From the NCBI GenBank assembly GCA_965208775.1, contig OZ242360.1:3145591-3209590 (forward strand): a stretch of 64,000 bases of DNA, given 5' to 3'. Numbering within the stretch: position 1 is the stretch's first letter; each line of letters opens with the position of its first letter. The notes below the pieces were generated by a model, which searched no databases, had not been told where the DNA came from, and worked only from the letters and a program-made list of their open reading frames with translations. The DNA is from Chloroflexota bacterium. GTDB taxonomy: Bacteria; Chloroflexota; UBA11872; VXNJ01. Below are positions 40,525 to 50,191 of the stretch, one piece after another. The position numbers and the translations under genes are program-made.

Positions 40525-41424
40525 TCAAGCGCTGAGCTCTACTCCTGCGACCTCCTCCCAAAGCCTTACCGCAGAGGTGAAGTTCTCCTCACCGAAACCC
40601 TTGGCGGTCGATGCCGTGAACATCTGCTGGGTCACGGCAGCCAACGGGGTTATCGATCCGATTCGAGAGGCGAACTCCGTCGCCAGGCGGAGATCCTTCA
40701 ATGCGTGGCGAGTGAGAAATCCGGGCTTGAAGTCGCGCTCGAAGACCGAGCCTTCGAATACGGCTTCGAGCGACCTGTTCCAGACGACCGTCTTTCGGAA
40801 CAGGTCGACCATGAAACCGATGTCCAGGCCAGCCTTGGCGCCCAGCGTCAGAGCCTCGGCGTCGGCCAGGATGATCGTAAACGCGAGCATGTTGTGGATC
40901 AGCTTGAGTGTGGACGCGGTGCCGAGCGGGCCGCAATACACGATCTCCTCGCTTAGCAGGTCCATGACGTGACGAACTTCGTCCAGATCGGAAATCTCGC
41001 CGCCGGCGAGGAGCCGCATGGTGGCGTTCTCGGCGTCACGCGAAGAGCCGGTTATCTTGCACTCAAGCATTCGCACATCCTCCAGGCGGAGGCGCTCGGC
41101 AACGCGCAAGGTGGTGTCGGGGTCTACGGTGCTGAGGTCGATTAGCATCCGTGGCGGCTCTTGGGCACTCGCAATTCCGTCTTCACCGGTGACGGCGTCA
41201 TCCAGATGCTTGGGTTCAGGCAGCGCGGTCATCACGTAGTCCGTCTTCTCCGCCGCAAGTCTGGGCGAGGCCGCCGCCCTGCCGCCGGCCGCGGCCAGCT
41301 CCCCGGAGCGCTCCGATACGAGATCGAACCCAACAACGTCATGGCCTGCCTTCAGAAGGTTCTTGGCCACGCCGGAGCCGATAGCTCCGAGGCCGACAAA
41401 GCCGATAGTGAGACTCTGTTCCAT
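40525..41424 (-). CDS. Beta-hydroxyacid dehydrogenase (3-hydroxyisobutyrate DH family)
   Basis: GFVGLGAIG, IDLST, catalytic K in LKLIHN, KDL. Confidence 0.88.
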   Translation of the reverse strand: MEQSLTIGFVGLGAIGSGVAKNLLKAGHDVVGFDLVSERSGELAAAGGRAAASPRLAAEKTDYVMTALPEPKHLDDAVTGEDGIASAQEPPRMLIDLSTVDPDTTLRVAERLRLEDVRMLECKITGSSRDAENATMRLLAGGEISDLDEVRHVMDLLSEEIVYCGPLGTASTLKLIHNMLAFTIILADAEALTLGAKAGLDIGFMVDLFRKTVVWNRSLEAVFEGSVFERDFKPGFLTRHALKDLRLATEFASRIGSITPLAAVTQQMFTASTAKGFGEENFTSAVRLWEEVAGVELSA

Positions 41425-41609
41425 CACTGCAAGCTCCTGCAAGGGCAACTCTTAAGTTCGAGCCGAGATCCCGCCAGAGTGTACCCAAGACGGAGACCAG
41501 GACGAGGCGGCCTGGGATACTATTTCCCGGCTATGGCAGTGCTAAATCACGAGTACCGGGTGGTTTTGGCTGATTGCGGCGCGCCCGCCGAGTCGAGAGG
41601 CCGTCTTCC

Positions 41610-43141
41610 GTGACGAGTAGCGCCCGGCCTAACATCTTGTGGTACTGCACCGATCAGCAGCGCTTCGACACGGTCGGCGCGCTCGGCAATCGCCACGTGC
41701 ATACACCCAATCTCGACCGCCTGGTGGAGGGGGCGTTGCCTTCACCCACGCGTATTGTCAGAGTCCTATCTGCACACCCAGCCGCGCCAGTTTCCTAACC
41801 GGTATGTACCCGAGCACGCTCCACGTCCACAGCAACGGGTCGCTGTACTTCCCCAGCGAACACACAATGGTGACCCGAATGCTTGCCGACTCGGGCTACG
41901 ACTGCGGCCTGGTTGGAAAGCTTGGGCTGGCAAACGGCGAGGGAGCCGAAGAGCCGCGCAACCAAAGTGGCTATCGATACTACGAATACTCGAACGGTCC
42001 GAAGGTGGGGCTGTCCAATGGCAACGACTATCTGAGGTGGATTCGTGATAGAGGGCTGGACCCTGTCTCTATCCTCGGTCCGCCATCCGACATCGGGCGG
42101 TGCGACCGCGCCGCCTTCGCGGGCTTCACGTCGAGCTTGCACCGCGGCGGGCTGAAGTTACCGACGCCCGACAAAGACAACGCGCCCGTCGCCCTTCACC
42201 AGACGACCTGGTGCACGGAAAAGGCCGTCGAGTTCATCTCGGAATCGCGGCGCTCCGACCAACCATGGCTGCTGTCGGTAAACCCGTTCGATCCTCACCC
42301 TCCGTTCGATCCGCCGTGGGAGCACTTCCGCCGGTTCGACCCGGAGACGATGCCCGGACCGCATTTCAGGGAGAGCGACCGGGGCCAGCAAGAACGCTTG
42401 AAGAACATCGACTTTCAGACCAAAGCCCGCAACCCGGAGGAATTTGACGCTCGCTCGGTACAGGCCGCTTACTACGCGATGATCGAGCCAATCGACGATC
42501 GGCTTGGCGCCATTCTCGACGCCTTGGACGAGACCGGACAGCGCGAACGCACCGTCGTGGTGTTCACAACCGATCATGGCGAGGCCCTGGGAGATCACGG
42601 ACTGTTGCTGAAGGGTTGCCGATTCTACGAAGGGCTTGTGCGGGTGCCGCTGATATGGTCGTGGCCGGGGCACTTCAGCACGGGATTGCGCAGCGATGCG
42701 CTGGTCGAGCTGCTGGACATCGCTCCCACGCTGCTGGATCTGGCCGGACTCCCGATTCCGGAACGAATGCAAGGACGGAGCCTTCTGCCGATTCTTGCCG
42801 GCAGAGCCGATCCCGATGAGCACCGGGATTTCGTCCGAAGCGAGTACTACGACGCGCTGCCGCTTCCCGATGGAACCATGGCGACCGTGTACCGCGACCG
42901 GCGTTGGAAGCTGGTCGTGTATCACAGCCACGGATTCGGGGAGCTGTTCGATCTGCGAAACGATCCGCACGAGTTCGAGAATCTGTGGGACGATTCGGCG
43001 TGCCAGGCGGTGCGGGAGGACCTCTTACTCAAGTCCTACGACGCCTCGGTGATGGCCATGGACTGGGGGCCGCCGCTGGTTCAGAAGTATGAGGACCGGC
43101 CAGCCTTTCGGCGGCCGCTGGGCAGGTGGGGCCGGAGATAG
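41610..43141 (+). pseudogene. Sulfatase with a 1-nt frameshift (pseudogene, phase-variable gene or sequencing error)
   Basis: From GTG 41610 the frame reads [13 protein letters not shown]...LDRLVEG; it continues in another frame as [18 protein letters not shown]. The shift lies in the G5 run at 41729-41733. Confidence 0.85.
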
Positions 43142-43164
43142 CGGTCGGCAAGGAGGCTTTGGCG

Positions 43165-44334
43165 ATGGGAGCACAGAGACGACCGACGATCACCCGAATC
43201 GAGGCCGTTGAGTTCTTCGTGGAGTTGGAGAATCTGGGGATGACGCCGGACGGCTGCGAAATGCAATACCAACCGGGAGAAACACTCCGGCCCATGCGCT
43301 ACGCGCTCACGATCGATACCGACGTGGGCGTGCGGGGAGAGTTCGTTGGTCGAAGACCGGAAAGCTACAACCAGCTGCAGCGAGTAGCCGGGCGGATGCT
43401 GGGACGGAGCGCTCTCGACCGCGAAGGGATTTACGGCGAATTGAAGCGCCAGTTCAGGGCGACGATCAATTTGGCCGTGGCTCCCCTCGATATCGCGCTT
43501 TGGGACCTCGCGGGCAAGCTGTACGGAGCGCCAGTCTACGAATTACTGGGGGGCAGCGACCGTCCCCTGCCGGCATACGCCAGCACCCACTTCGGGGACG
43601 CCAGCGGAGGACTTGACAGCCCCGAGGCGTTTGCCGATTTCGCGGTCCGCTGCAAGGAGATGGGCTATCCCGCCTTCAAGATACATAGCTGGGGCGCTCC
43701 CATCGAGAGGGAAGTGCGGCTGGTGACCACCGTCCGCGAGGCAGTAGGCGACGGAATGCAGCTCATGCACGATCCGGGCTGCACGTATCGAACGTTCCTC
43801 GAAGCCTTGACGGTGGGCAAGGCGCTGGACGAGGCGAACTACCTCTGGTACGAGGATCCTTACATGGACGGCGGCATGTCGGCGTTTGGCAACAAGAAGC
43901 TGAGAGAGCTGCTCCGAATTCCAATAATGATTACGGAACACATCCGCGGGCTGGAGCAGCACGTAGACGTGATCGTCGCGGGTGGAACAGACCTCGTGCG
44001 AGTCGACGCTAACCTGGACGGCGGGCTGACGGGGGCGCTCAAAATCTGCCATGCCGCAGAAGGCTTTGGGTTGGACGTCGAGATACACTCGCCCGGCCCG
44101 GCGCACCGGCACCTAATGGCGTCGATTCCCAACTCGAACTACTACGAAATGTCGCTGGTCCACCCGATGGCCCCCACTCACAATGGGAAGGCATATCTCG
44201 ATTACGACGACGAGCTGGAGTCGATAGACGCCAACGGATGCGTGTCCGTCCCGACTGGGCCGGGCCTGGGTGTGTCGATTGACTGGGACCTCGTGAGAAG
44301 GAATCAGACCGGCGGGTTCGTGTTCGAGACGTAA
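43165..44334 (+). CDS. Mandelate racemase/muconate lactonizing enzyme (enolase superfamily)
   Basis: DIALWDLAGK, LLGG, AYAST, FKIH, WYEDP, PTGPGLG; AGGAGG SD. Confidence 0.9.
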   Translation: MGAQRRPTITRIEAVEFFVELENLGMTPDGCEMQYQPGETLRPMRYALTIDTDVGVRGEFVGRRPESYNQLQRVAGRMLGRSALDREGIYGELKRQFRATINLAVAPLDIALWDLAGKLYGAPVYELLGGSDRPLPAYASTHFGDASGGLDSPEAFADFAVRCKEMGYPAFKIHSWGAPIEREVRLVTTVREAVGDGMQLMHDPGCTYRTFLEALTVGKALDEANYLWYEDPYMDGGMSAFGNKKLRELLRIPIMITEHIRGLEQHVDVIVAGGTDLVRVDANLDGGLTGALKICHAAEGFGLDVEIHSPGPAHRHLMASIPNSNYYEMSLVHPMAPTHNGKAYLDYDDELESIDANGCVSVPTGPGLGVSIDWDLVRRNQTGGFVFET

Positions 44335-44391
44335 TTCGGCGCAGGTGGTTGCCCGCTTGTTTGCCGCTCGTCTATTTTTGATTATCGACAA

Positions 44392-44464
44392 GCCCCCGTA
44401 GCTCAGTGGACAGAGCAACTGCCTTCTAAGCAGTGGGTCGTGTGTTCGAATCGCACCGGGGGTA
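44392..44464 (+). tRNA. tRNA-Arg(TCT)
   Basis: Acceptor stem GCCCCCG/CGGGGGT, D-arm TAGCTCAGTGGACAGAGC, anticodon arm ACTGC-CTTCTAA-GCAGT, T-loop GTTCGAATC; CCA not encoded. Confidence 0.96.
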
Positions 44465-44784
44465 CCGGACCGTACAGAATCAAGAATCTTGCCTTTGTAG
44501 GCTCGGATCGGCACCGTATGGCGCTAGCTATCGCGGACGCTTGAGCAACCTCGGTCGTCCCGACCACAAGGCCTGCCTGGCCGGGCTCCAGGGGCACAGG
44601 AGGTGTCGATGGATCCTGGCGGTACCGGGTTGACAGGATGGCACGACTAAAGCATCTGAGAGAATGGCACGCGCCGCTCCGCACCGAACGAAGGGGGCCG
44701 CACCCCGGCCGGGAGCCGGAGACGTGGGCCGTGACTCGGCGTACTCCCCGGTGGATGGGGATCGGTTGAGGGCGGCATGAGTCC

Positions 44785-45921
44785 GTGACCGCGCAGTCAC
44801 CGAGTGGCGACCCCTGGTTGCTGACTCCGGGGCCGCTCACTACCTCACCGGAAGTAAAGGAAGCGGCGCGGCACGACTACGGCTCTCGCGATCACCGCTT
44901 CATCGGCATCAACCGGCGGGTGCGCGAGCGTCTCGTCGACGTCGTGGGCGGGCACGATACCCACGTCTGCATTCCCCTCCAGGGCAGCGGCACGTTCGCG
45001 GTGGAGGCCATGCTCGGCTCTTTTGTCCCCCGTGACGGGAAGCTGCTGATCCTCGTCAACGGTGCCTACGGCCGGCGGATGGCGAAGATCTGTGAAGTAG
45101 CGGGCCGTCGCAGCGTCCTGGTGGAGACGGGAGAAGACGTGCCCAACGACCCGAGAGCGCTCGACCGCGTGCTGGCGAACGACGCAGGCATATCCCACGT
45201 GGCGGCCGTCTACTGCGAAACTACCTCGGGCATCCTGAACCCCATCGAGGCGATCGCCCGCGTCGCCGTGCGCCACGGCCGTGGTCTTCTCATCGACGCC
45301 ATGAGCGCCTTCGGAGCCCTGCCTCTCGACGCACGCACCGTGCCCTTCGACGCGATGGCAGCTTGTTCCAATAAATGCCTCGAGAGCACGCCGGGCGTGG
45401 GCTTTTGCATTGCACGGCGCGAGGCCCTCGAGCACAGCGCCGACAATGCACACTCGCTCAGCTTAGACCTGCGAGACCAGTACCTCGCGATGGAGAAGGA
45501 CGGTCAATGGCGTTTCACCCCACCGGTCCAGACCATTCTCTCCCTCGACCGTGCTCTTCATGAGTTCGAGGCCGAGGGCGGCACCGCGGGACGCGGCGCG
45601 CGCTACCGGGAGAATCTGCGCGTTCTGGTGGAGGGCGTGCGCCGGCTCGGCTTCGAGACCCTGTTGCCGGACGCCGTGCAGGCGCCGATCATCGTCACCT
45701 TCCACATGCCGGCCGACCCGCGTTTCGAGTTCGAGGCGTTCTACGAGCGGTTGCAGCGCCGGGGCTACGTCATCTATCCCGGCAAGCTCACTGCCGCCCC
45801 GTCCTTCCGCATCGGCTGCATCGGTCGCCTTGGGGTAAAGGAGATGCGCGGCGTCCTGGCCGCGGTCGAAGATATGCTGGACGAAATGGGAGTCAAGAGC
45901 GGTGCGCCCGCCGCCGCATAA
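44785..45921 (+). CDS. phnW: 2-aminoethylphosphonate-pyruvate transaminase
   Basis: LLTPGPLTT, QGSGT, CETTSGILNP, DAMSAFG, SNKC, QWRFTPP, IYPGKL. Confidence 0.95.
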   Translation: MTAQSPSGDPWLLTPGPLTTSPEVKEAARHDYGSRDHRFIGINRRVRERLVDVVGGHDTHVCIPLQGSGTFAVEAMLGSFVPRDGKLLILVNGAYGRRMAKICEVAGRRSVLVETGEDVPNDPRALDRVLANDAGISHVAAVYCETTSGILNPIEAIARVAVRHGRGLLIDAMSAFGALPLDARTVPFDAMAACSNKCLESTPGVGFCIARREALEHSADNAHSLSLDLRDQYLAMEKDGQWRFTPPVQTILSLDRALHEFEAEGGTAGRGARYRENLRVLVEGVRRLGFETLLPDAVQAPIIVTFHMPADPRFEFEAFYERLQRRGYVIYPGKLTAAPSFRIGCIGRLGVKEMRGVLAAVEDMLDEMGVKSGAPAAA

Positions 45922-45970
45922 CAGGCGGGCCGGGACTCGACATCATTGGCACAGCAAAAGGAGACAGGAA

Positions 45971-46819
45971 TTGGCGCTAACCTGCGACTTCGTTTTTAGC
46001 CGCAGCTACCGCGGCAGGGTCAAGGCCGCGATCCTCGACTGGAGCGGCACCACCGCGGATGCCTACGTGCTCGCTCCCGCGGTTGTGTTCGTCGACGTGT
46101 TCAGGAAGCACGGAGTCGAGATCACGATGCCGGAGGCACGGGGGCCGATGGGCCTGCGCAAGGACCTGCATATCAAGGCCCTCACCGAGGTGCCGGAGAT
46201 CGCCGAGCGCTGGGAAAGTGTGCACGGCAAGCGCCCCGGCCAGGCGGAGGTCGACGCGATGTTCGCCGACTTCGTGCCGATGCAGATCGCCTGCCTGCGC
46301 GAGTACACCACTCTCCTGCCCGGAGTCGCCGAGACGACCCAGCGCCTGCAGGCGGAGGGGATCAAGCTTGGCAGCACCACCGGCTTCGTGCGCCCGATGG
46401 TGGATATCCTGGAAGCGGATGCGAAGAAGCAGGGCTACGTGCCCGATGCCTCCGTCGCCGGCGACGAGGTGATCAACGGCGCCCGTCCCAAGCCCTTCAT
46501 GGTCTACCGCAACCTCGATCTCCTCGATGTGCACCCCATCCAGTCCGTGGTCAAGGTCGACGACACCGTGACGGGGGTGGGCGAAGCGCTGGAGGCGGGC
46601 TGCTGGGGGGTGGGCATCGCCCGCTACAGCAACTACATGGACATCGACAGCCTGGAGCACGCAGAGAGCCTCTCGGAGGCGGAGATGCAACGCCGGCTCG
46701 CGTACACCCGGGAGATCCTGATCAAAACGGGCGCCCACTACGTCATCGACACCATCGACGAGCTGCCGGCAGTGATCGACGATGTGAATGCCCGCCTCGC
46801 GAGGGGTGAGAGGCCGTGA
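45971..46819 (+). CDS. phnX: Phosphonoacetaldehyde hydrolase (HAD family)
   Basis: DWSGT nucleophile, Schiff-base Lys motif PMGLRKDLHI, VKVDDT, GAHYVID; TTG start after AGGAG. Confidence 0.93.
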   Translation: MALTCDFVFSRSYRGRVKAAILDWSGTTADAYVLAPAVVFVDVFRKHGVEITMPEARGPMGLRKDLHIKALTEVPEIAERWESVHGKRPGQAEVDAMFADFVPMQIACLREYTTLLPGVAETTQRLQAEGIKLGSTTGFVRPMVDILEADAKKQGYVPDASVAGDEVINGARPKPFMVYRNLDLLDVHPIQSVVKVDDTVTGVGEALEAGCWGVGIARYSNYMDIDSLEHAESLSEAEMQRRLAYTREILIKTGAHYVIDTIDELPAVIDDVNARLARGERP

Positions 46820-46902
46820 TTGCGGCACGCTTTCTCCGCGGTGGCGGCGCGGCTGGAGCGAACGCCAATGGCGTCCGTGGGAGTTCCGTCAGATAGACGC
46901 CG

Positions 46903-48060
46903 TCATCTGAGCCATGGGCCGTAGCGACCTGTTCTGGAGTGGGCGAGGATGCCTTCGTCGAGAAGCGGCTCAACGAATTCCGGGGAGTAGCGGGTAGCCC
47001 GGTAGACGTTGACGAACTGATCGCCGAAAAACGGTGAGTAGTAGTCCCAGACCACGTCGCCCTCCATCGTGACTTCGAAGATGCGACCGCAGTCCGCTTC
47101 GCAAATGAGCGTGTTGCCGTTGGGCAGGCGCTGCTGACCCGCCCTGAACGGGCTGAAGAAGCCTTTGGGATCGCTGTATTCCCAAAGGAAGACCTCCGGC
47201 TCGCGAGGATCGAATTCGATGACCCTCGAATATCCTCGTAAAGTCCCGTTATCGAAGAGCAGGATATTGCCGTTGGGGAGCATCTGAGGCTGATGCTGAC
47301 CGTCGAGCACGCCGAGTCCCCACGCCCAGATGATCTCGCGGGTGTCGCTATCGACGATTGAGATGATGTCGATCGATCGGTGGCTGAGCATGTAGTTTCC
47401 CGCCCGGAATCGTCTGTCGGCGCGTCCGACCGGCGTGTCTGGTAACACGGTGAGCGTGTTGGTGTGCGACCAGTCGGCGGCGGGTCTCGGCAGCTCCAGA
47501 CCGGCAAGATCAACCAGCTCGTCGACGTGGTCGCTGAGCCACCATTCCCAATGGACGAACGTCTTGCGGTCGACTTTCAATATCAGGTCGTCCTGGATGG
47601 GACCTCGGGGGAAAATGTCGGGACGGTCGCGGTCGCGTTGGTACAGGGTGAGGAGCGTACCGTCGTCGAAGCGGTGAAAGTCGTGATGAACCCGCCCGTA
47701 CCACGCCCAGGTGACGTTTCCCTCGAAGTCCGTCTCGAACAGGCCGCTGAAGCACCGATCGCGGTCTTGGTTCCAATCCATGAAGTTGTCCCAGAAGATG
47801 GTGCCGTCGCTGTCGAGCTCCGCCCACTGGCTCCTGACGACGGGCCAGGTGTGAACGACCCGGCCGTTCATGTCGATGAGGTATTCGGTGTAGCCGAATG
47901 CCGGCGAGAAAAGCGTATAGCCGGGCCAAGCCCGGTCGCGGTCCCAAACGCGGACCCCGCGGAGCCCGTTGTCGACGCGCGGAGGGAGCGGCGTCGGCAG
48001 CTCGCCGTAATCTCGCGGGGCGTTCTCTCCGACTTCCGACTTTGACTGCTCTGCCCCCAT
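46903..48060 (-). CDS. Arylsulfate sulfotransferase (ASST)-like beta-propeller
   Basis: GYTLF, LIDMNG, HHDF, WSHTN, QH, FDNG, QRLPNGNTLI. Confidence 0.8.
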   Translation of the reverse strand: MGAEQSKSEVGENAPRDYGELPTPLPPRVDNGLRGVRVWDRDRAWPGYTLFSPAFGYTEYLIDMNGRVVHTWPVVRSQWAELDSDGTIFWDNFMDWNQDRDRCFSGLFETDFEGNVTWAWYGRVHHDFHRFDDGTLLTLYQRDRDRPDIFPRGPIQDDLILKVDRKTFVHWEWWLSDHVDELVDLAGLELPRPAADWSHTNTLTVLPDTPVGRADRRFRAGNYMLSHRSIDIISIVDSDTREIIWAWGLGVLDGQHQPQMLPNGNILLFDNGTLRGYSRVIEFDPREPEVFLWEYSDPKGFFSPFRAGQQRLPNGNTLICEADCGRIFEVTMEGDVVWDYYSPFFGDQFVNVYRATRYSPEFVEPLLDEGILAHSRTGRYGPWLR

Positions 48061-48225
48061 GACGCGACCTCTCCAACCGGCGGACTTATCGAACGCGAGC
48101 TGGACTAATTATGAGCGATCCCAAACCTGCCAAGCAGGCGGTTGGCGAGAGGCGTTACTCATCCGCCGCAGCATTGCCGCCCGATTGACAAGCTACACTA
48201 ATTGCCGTTCAAAAGGAGATTGACG

Positions 48226-49113
48226 ATGCCGGTGTTCAACGACCGCGATCTGGCGTTTTGGAGAGAGAACGGGTACGTGGTGCTGCACAATGCCGTGCCC
48301 CCCGAGCAGCTCGATAATCTCGTTGCGGCCATCTGGGACTTCCTGGAGATCGATCCAGATGATCGGGACGATTGGTACCGGTGGGAGCCGTTCGACTACG
48401 ACGATCCGCAGACGCCGATTTGCCCGGCGGGAATGGTCTCGCTCTACCAGCACCAGGCGCTATGGGACAACCGGCAGTATCCGCGAGTCTACGAGGCGTT
48501 CACGGAGATTCTGGGGACCACGAAGCTCTGGGTCTCGCTCGACCGGGCGAACATGAAGCCGCCCGCACGCCCCGACCGGCCGCTGTGGGGACACACGGGG
48601 ATGGTGCATTGGGACGTGGATACGTCGCAAACGCCGATACCGTTCGCCGTTCAGGGGGTGCTGTATCTGAGGGACACGGCCGAAAACCAGGGCGGTTTCC
48701 AGTGCGTTCCGGGTTTCCACAACATCTTCGACGAATGGGTCAAGACGCAGCCGGCGGACCGCAACGCCAGGTTTCCAGCGCTTGACGGGCTGGAGGTCAA
48801 GTCGATCCCCGGCAAGGCCGGAGACCTGCTGATTTGGGACCAGATGCTGCCACACGGCAACGGACACAACAGGTCCGATAAGCCGCGATTGGCGCAGTAC
48901 ATAACCATGAGGCCCGCGGAGGAGGACGACGAGGAGCTGCGGCAGATGCGCCTCGACGCGTGGCGAGATCGCCGACCTGTCGCGCCATCAGAGTCGAGGG
49001 GCTATCGCTGGCCGAGCGATCCAAGAGATTGGGAGCATAAGACCCAGTCGCCGGCCGCCCTGACCAGCCTCGGCCGGAAGCTGCTCGGCGTGGACTCGTG
49101 GGGAGACGCTTAA
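48226..49113 (+). CDS. Phytanoyl-CoA dioxygenase (PhyH) family Fe/2OG oxygenase
   Basis: GYVVL, HxD (HWD), GGFQCVPG, AGDLLIW, distal PHG, R. Confidence 0.88.
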   Translation: MPVFNDRDLAFWRENGYVVLHNAVPPEQLDNLVAAIWDFLEIDPDDRDDWYRWEPFDYDDPQTPICPAGMVSLYQHQALWDNRQYPRVYEAFTEILGTTKLWVSLDRANMKPPARPDRPLWGHTGMVHWDVDTSQTPIPFAVQGVLYLRDTAENQGGFQCVPGFHNIFDEWVKTQPADRNARFPALDGLEVKSIPGKAGDLLIWDQMLPHGNGHNRSDKPRLAQYITMRPAEEDDEELRQMRLDAWRDRRPVAPSESRGYRWPSDPRDWEHKTQSPAALTSLGRKLLGVDSWGDA

Positions 49114-49272
49114 CCCTCGAAGACGCGGGTCGGGATCTCATGCGCCCAGCGTGACTGTCCTGCCCGACTTTCGCCGAGGGCTGCATGATTTCATCAGCCG
49201 GCAGAAGGCACGGGGGTCCGGATCGCCCTATGGCGCGGGGCGGCCAGACACCTTCGTCAGATCTTCGGACAC

Positions 49273-50151
49273 ATGGGAGTCGTGATGAGTCAAAGCATCC
49301 TTGAGCGCGCAGAGCAGTTCATCTGGAAGAACGCCCGGCTGCTGGAGCGGCAGATGTTCGCTTTCCACTTCAAAGACGGCTCACCTGACTCTGTAGTCGA
49401 TGCGCTTCGTCCCTATCAGAACGCTGACGGCGGATTTGGACACGCACTCGAGCCGGACATTCGCTGTCCGGATAGCCAGCCCGTGCCGGTGCAGCACGCC
49501 CTCGAGATTCTCGATAAGGTCGGGTTTGACGGAGAGATGGTGAAGGCCGCTTGCGATTACTTGAAGTCCATCACTACGTCTGAAGGCGGCGTGCCGTGGC
49601 TCTTACCCTCGGCGCATGGATACCCTCGGGCGCCGTGGTGGAATACCGATGTCGCGCCTCCGGCGTCCGTGAATCCGACGGCGGCCATCGCCGGGATGCT
49701 GCACCGGAACCGCTTTCAGCATGAATGGCTGGAAGGAGCCACGTCTTTTTGCTGGTCGAAGATCGCGGAGATGGAACTTACCGACCCCCACGACATGGCG
49801 GTGGCACTGACGTTCCTAAACGACGTACCGGACCGTGAACGGGCCGACGCCGAACTGCCGCGTGTGATCGATCAACTCTTCTCGTTCGGTCTGGTGGCTG
49901 ACGCGGATGCGGAAGGGTATGTGTCCAAACCTCTGGACTGGGCACCAACACCCGATCACCCACTCCGAAAGCACTTCCGGGACGACGATGTCGCCGCGAA
50001 TCTGGACGTCCTAGTCGCGGGGCAGCAGGCAGACGGGGGATGGAACATCACGTGGGAGCCGATAAGTCCGGCGTGTGAGCTCGAATGGCGCGGCGGCGTT
50101 ACGCTGGACGCGCTGCTGACGCTGCAGGCCAACGGGCGGCTAAACACGTAG
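49273..50151 (+). CDS. Conserved hypothetical protein with prenyltransferase/squalene-oxidase-like repeats
   Basis: YQNADGGFG and QQADGGW QW-like motifs. Confidence 0.65.
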   Translation: MGVVMSQSILERAEQFIWKNARLLERQMFAFHFKDGSPDSVVDALRPYQNADGGFGHALEPDIRCPDSQPVPVQHALEILDKVGFDGEMVKAACDYLKSITTSEGGVPWLLPSAHGYPRAPWWNTDVAPPASVNPTAAIAGMLHRNRFQHEWLEGATSFCWSKIAEMELTDPHDMAVALTFLNDVPDRERADAELPRVIDQLFSFGLVADADAEGYVSKPLDWAPTPDHPLRKHFRDDDVAANLDVLVAGQQADGGWNITWEPISPACELEWRGGVTLDALLTLQANGRLNT

Positions 50152-50191
50152 CCAACTTATTCGTTACTTTCAGAGGCCCTTGCCGCTCGAG

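Noticed and set aside
44609-44650. 13-codon ORF MDPGGTGLTGWHD with a strong AGGAGG SD upstream of phnW
   Set aside because: Too short to support, with no attenuator structure or informative codon run; it may be a remnant.
44465-44784. Integrative element at tRNA-Arg
   Set aside because: No integrase, transposase or duplicated tRNA 3' end was seen.
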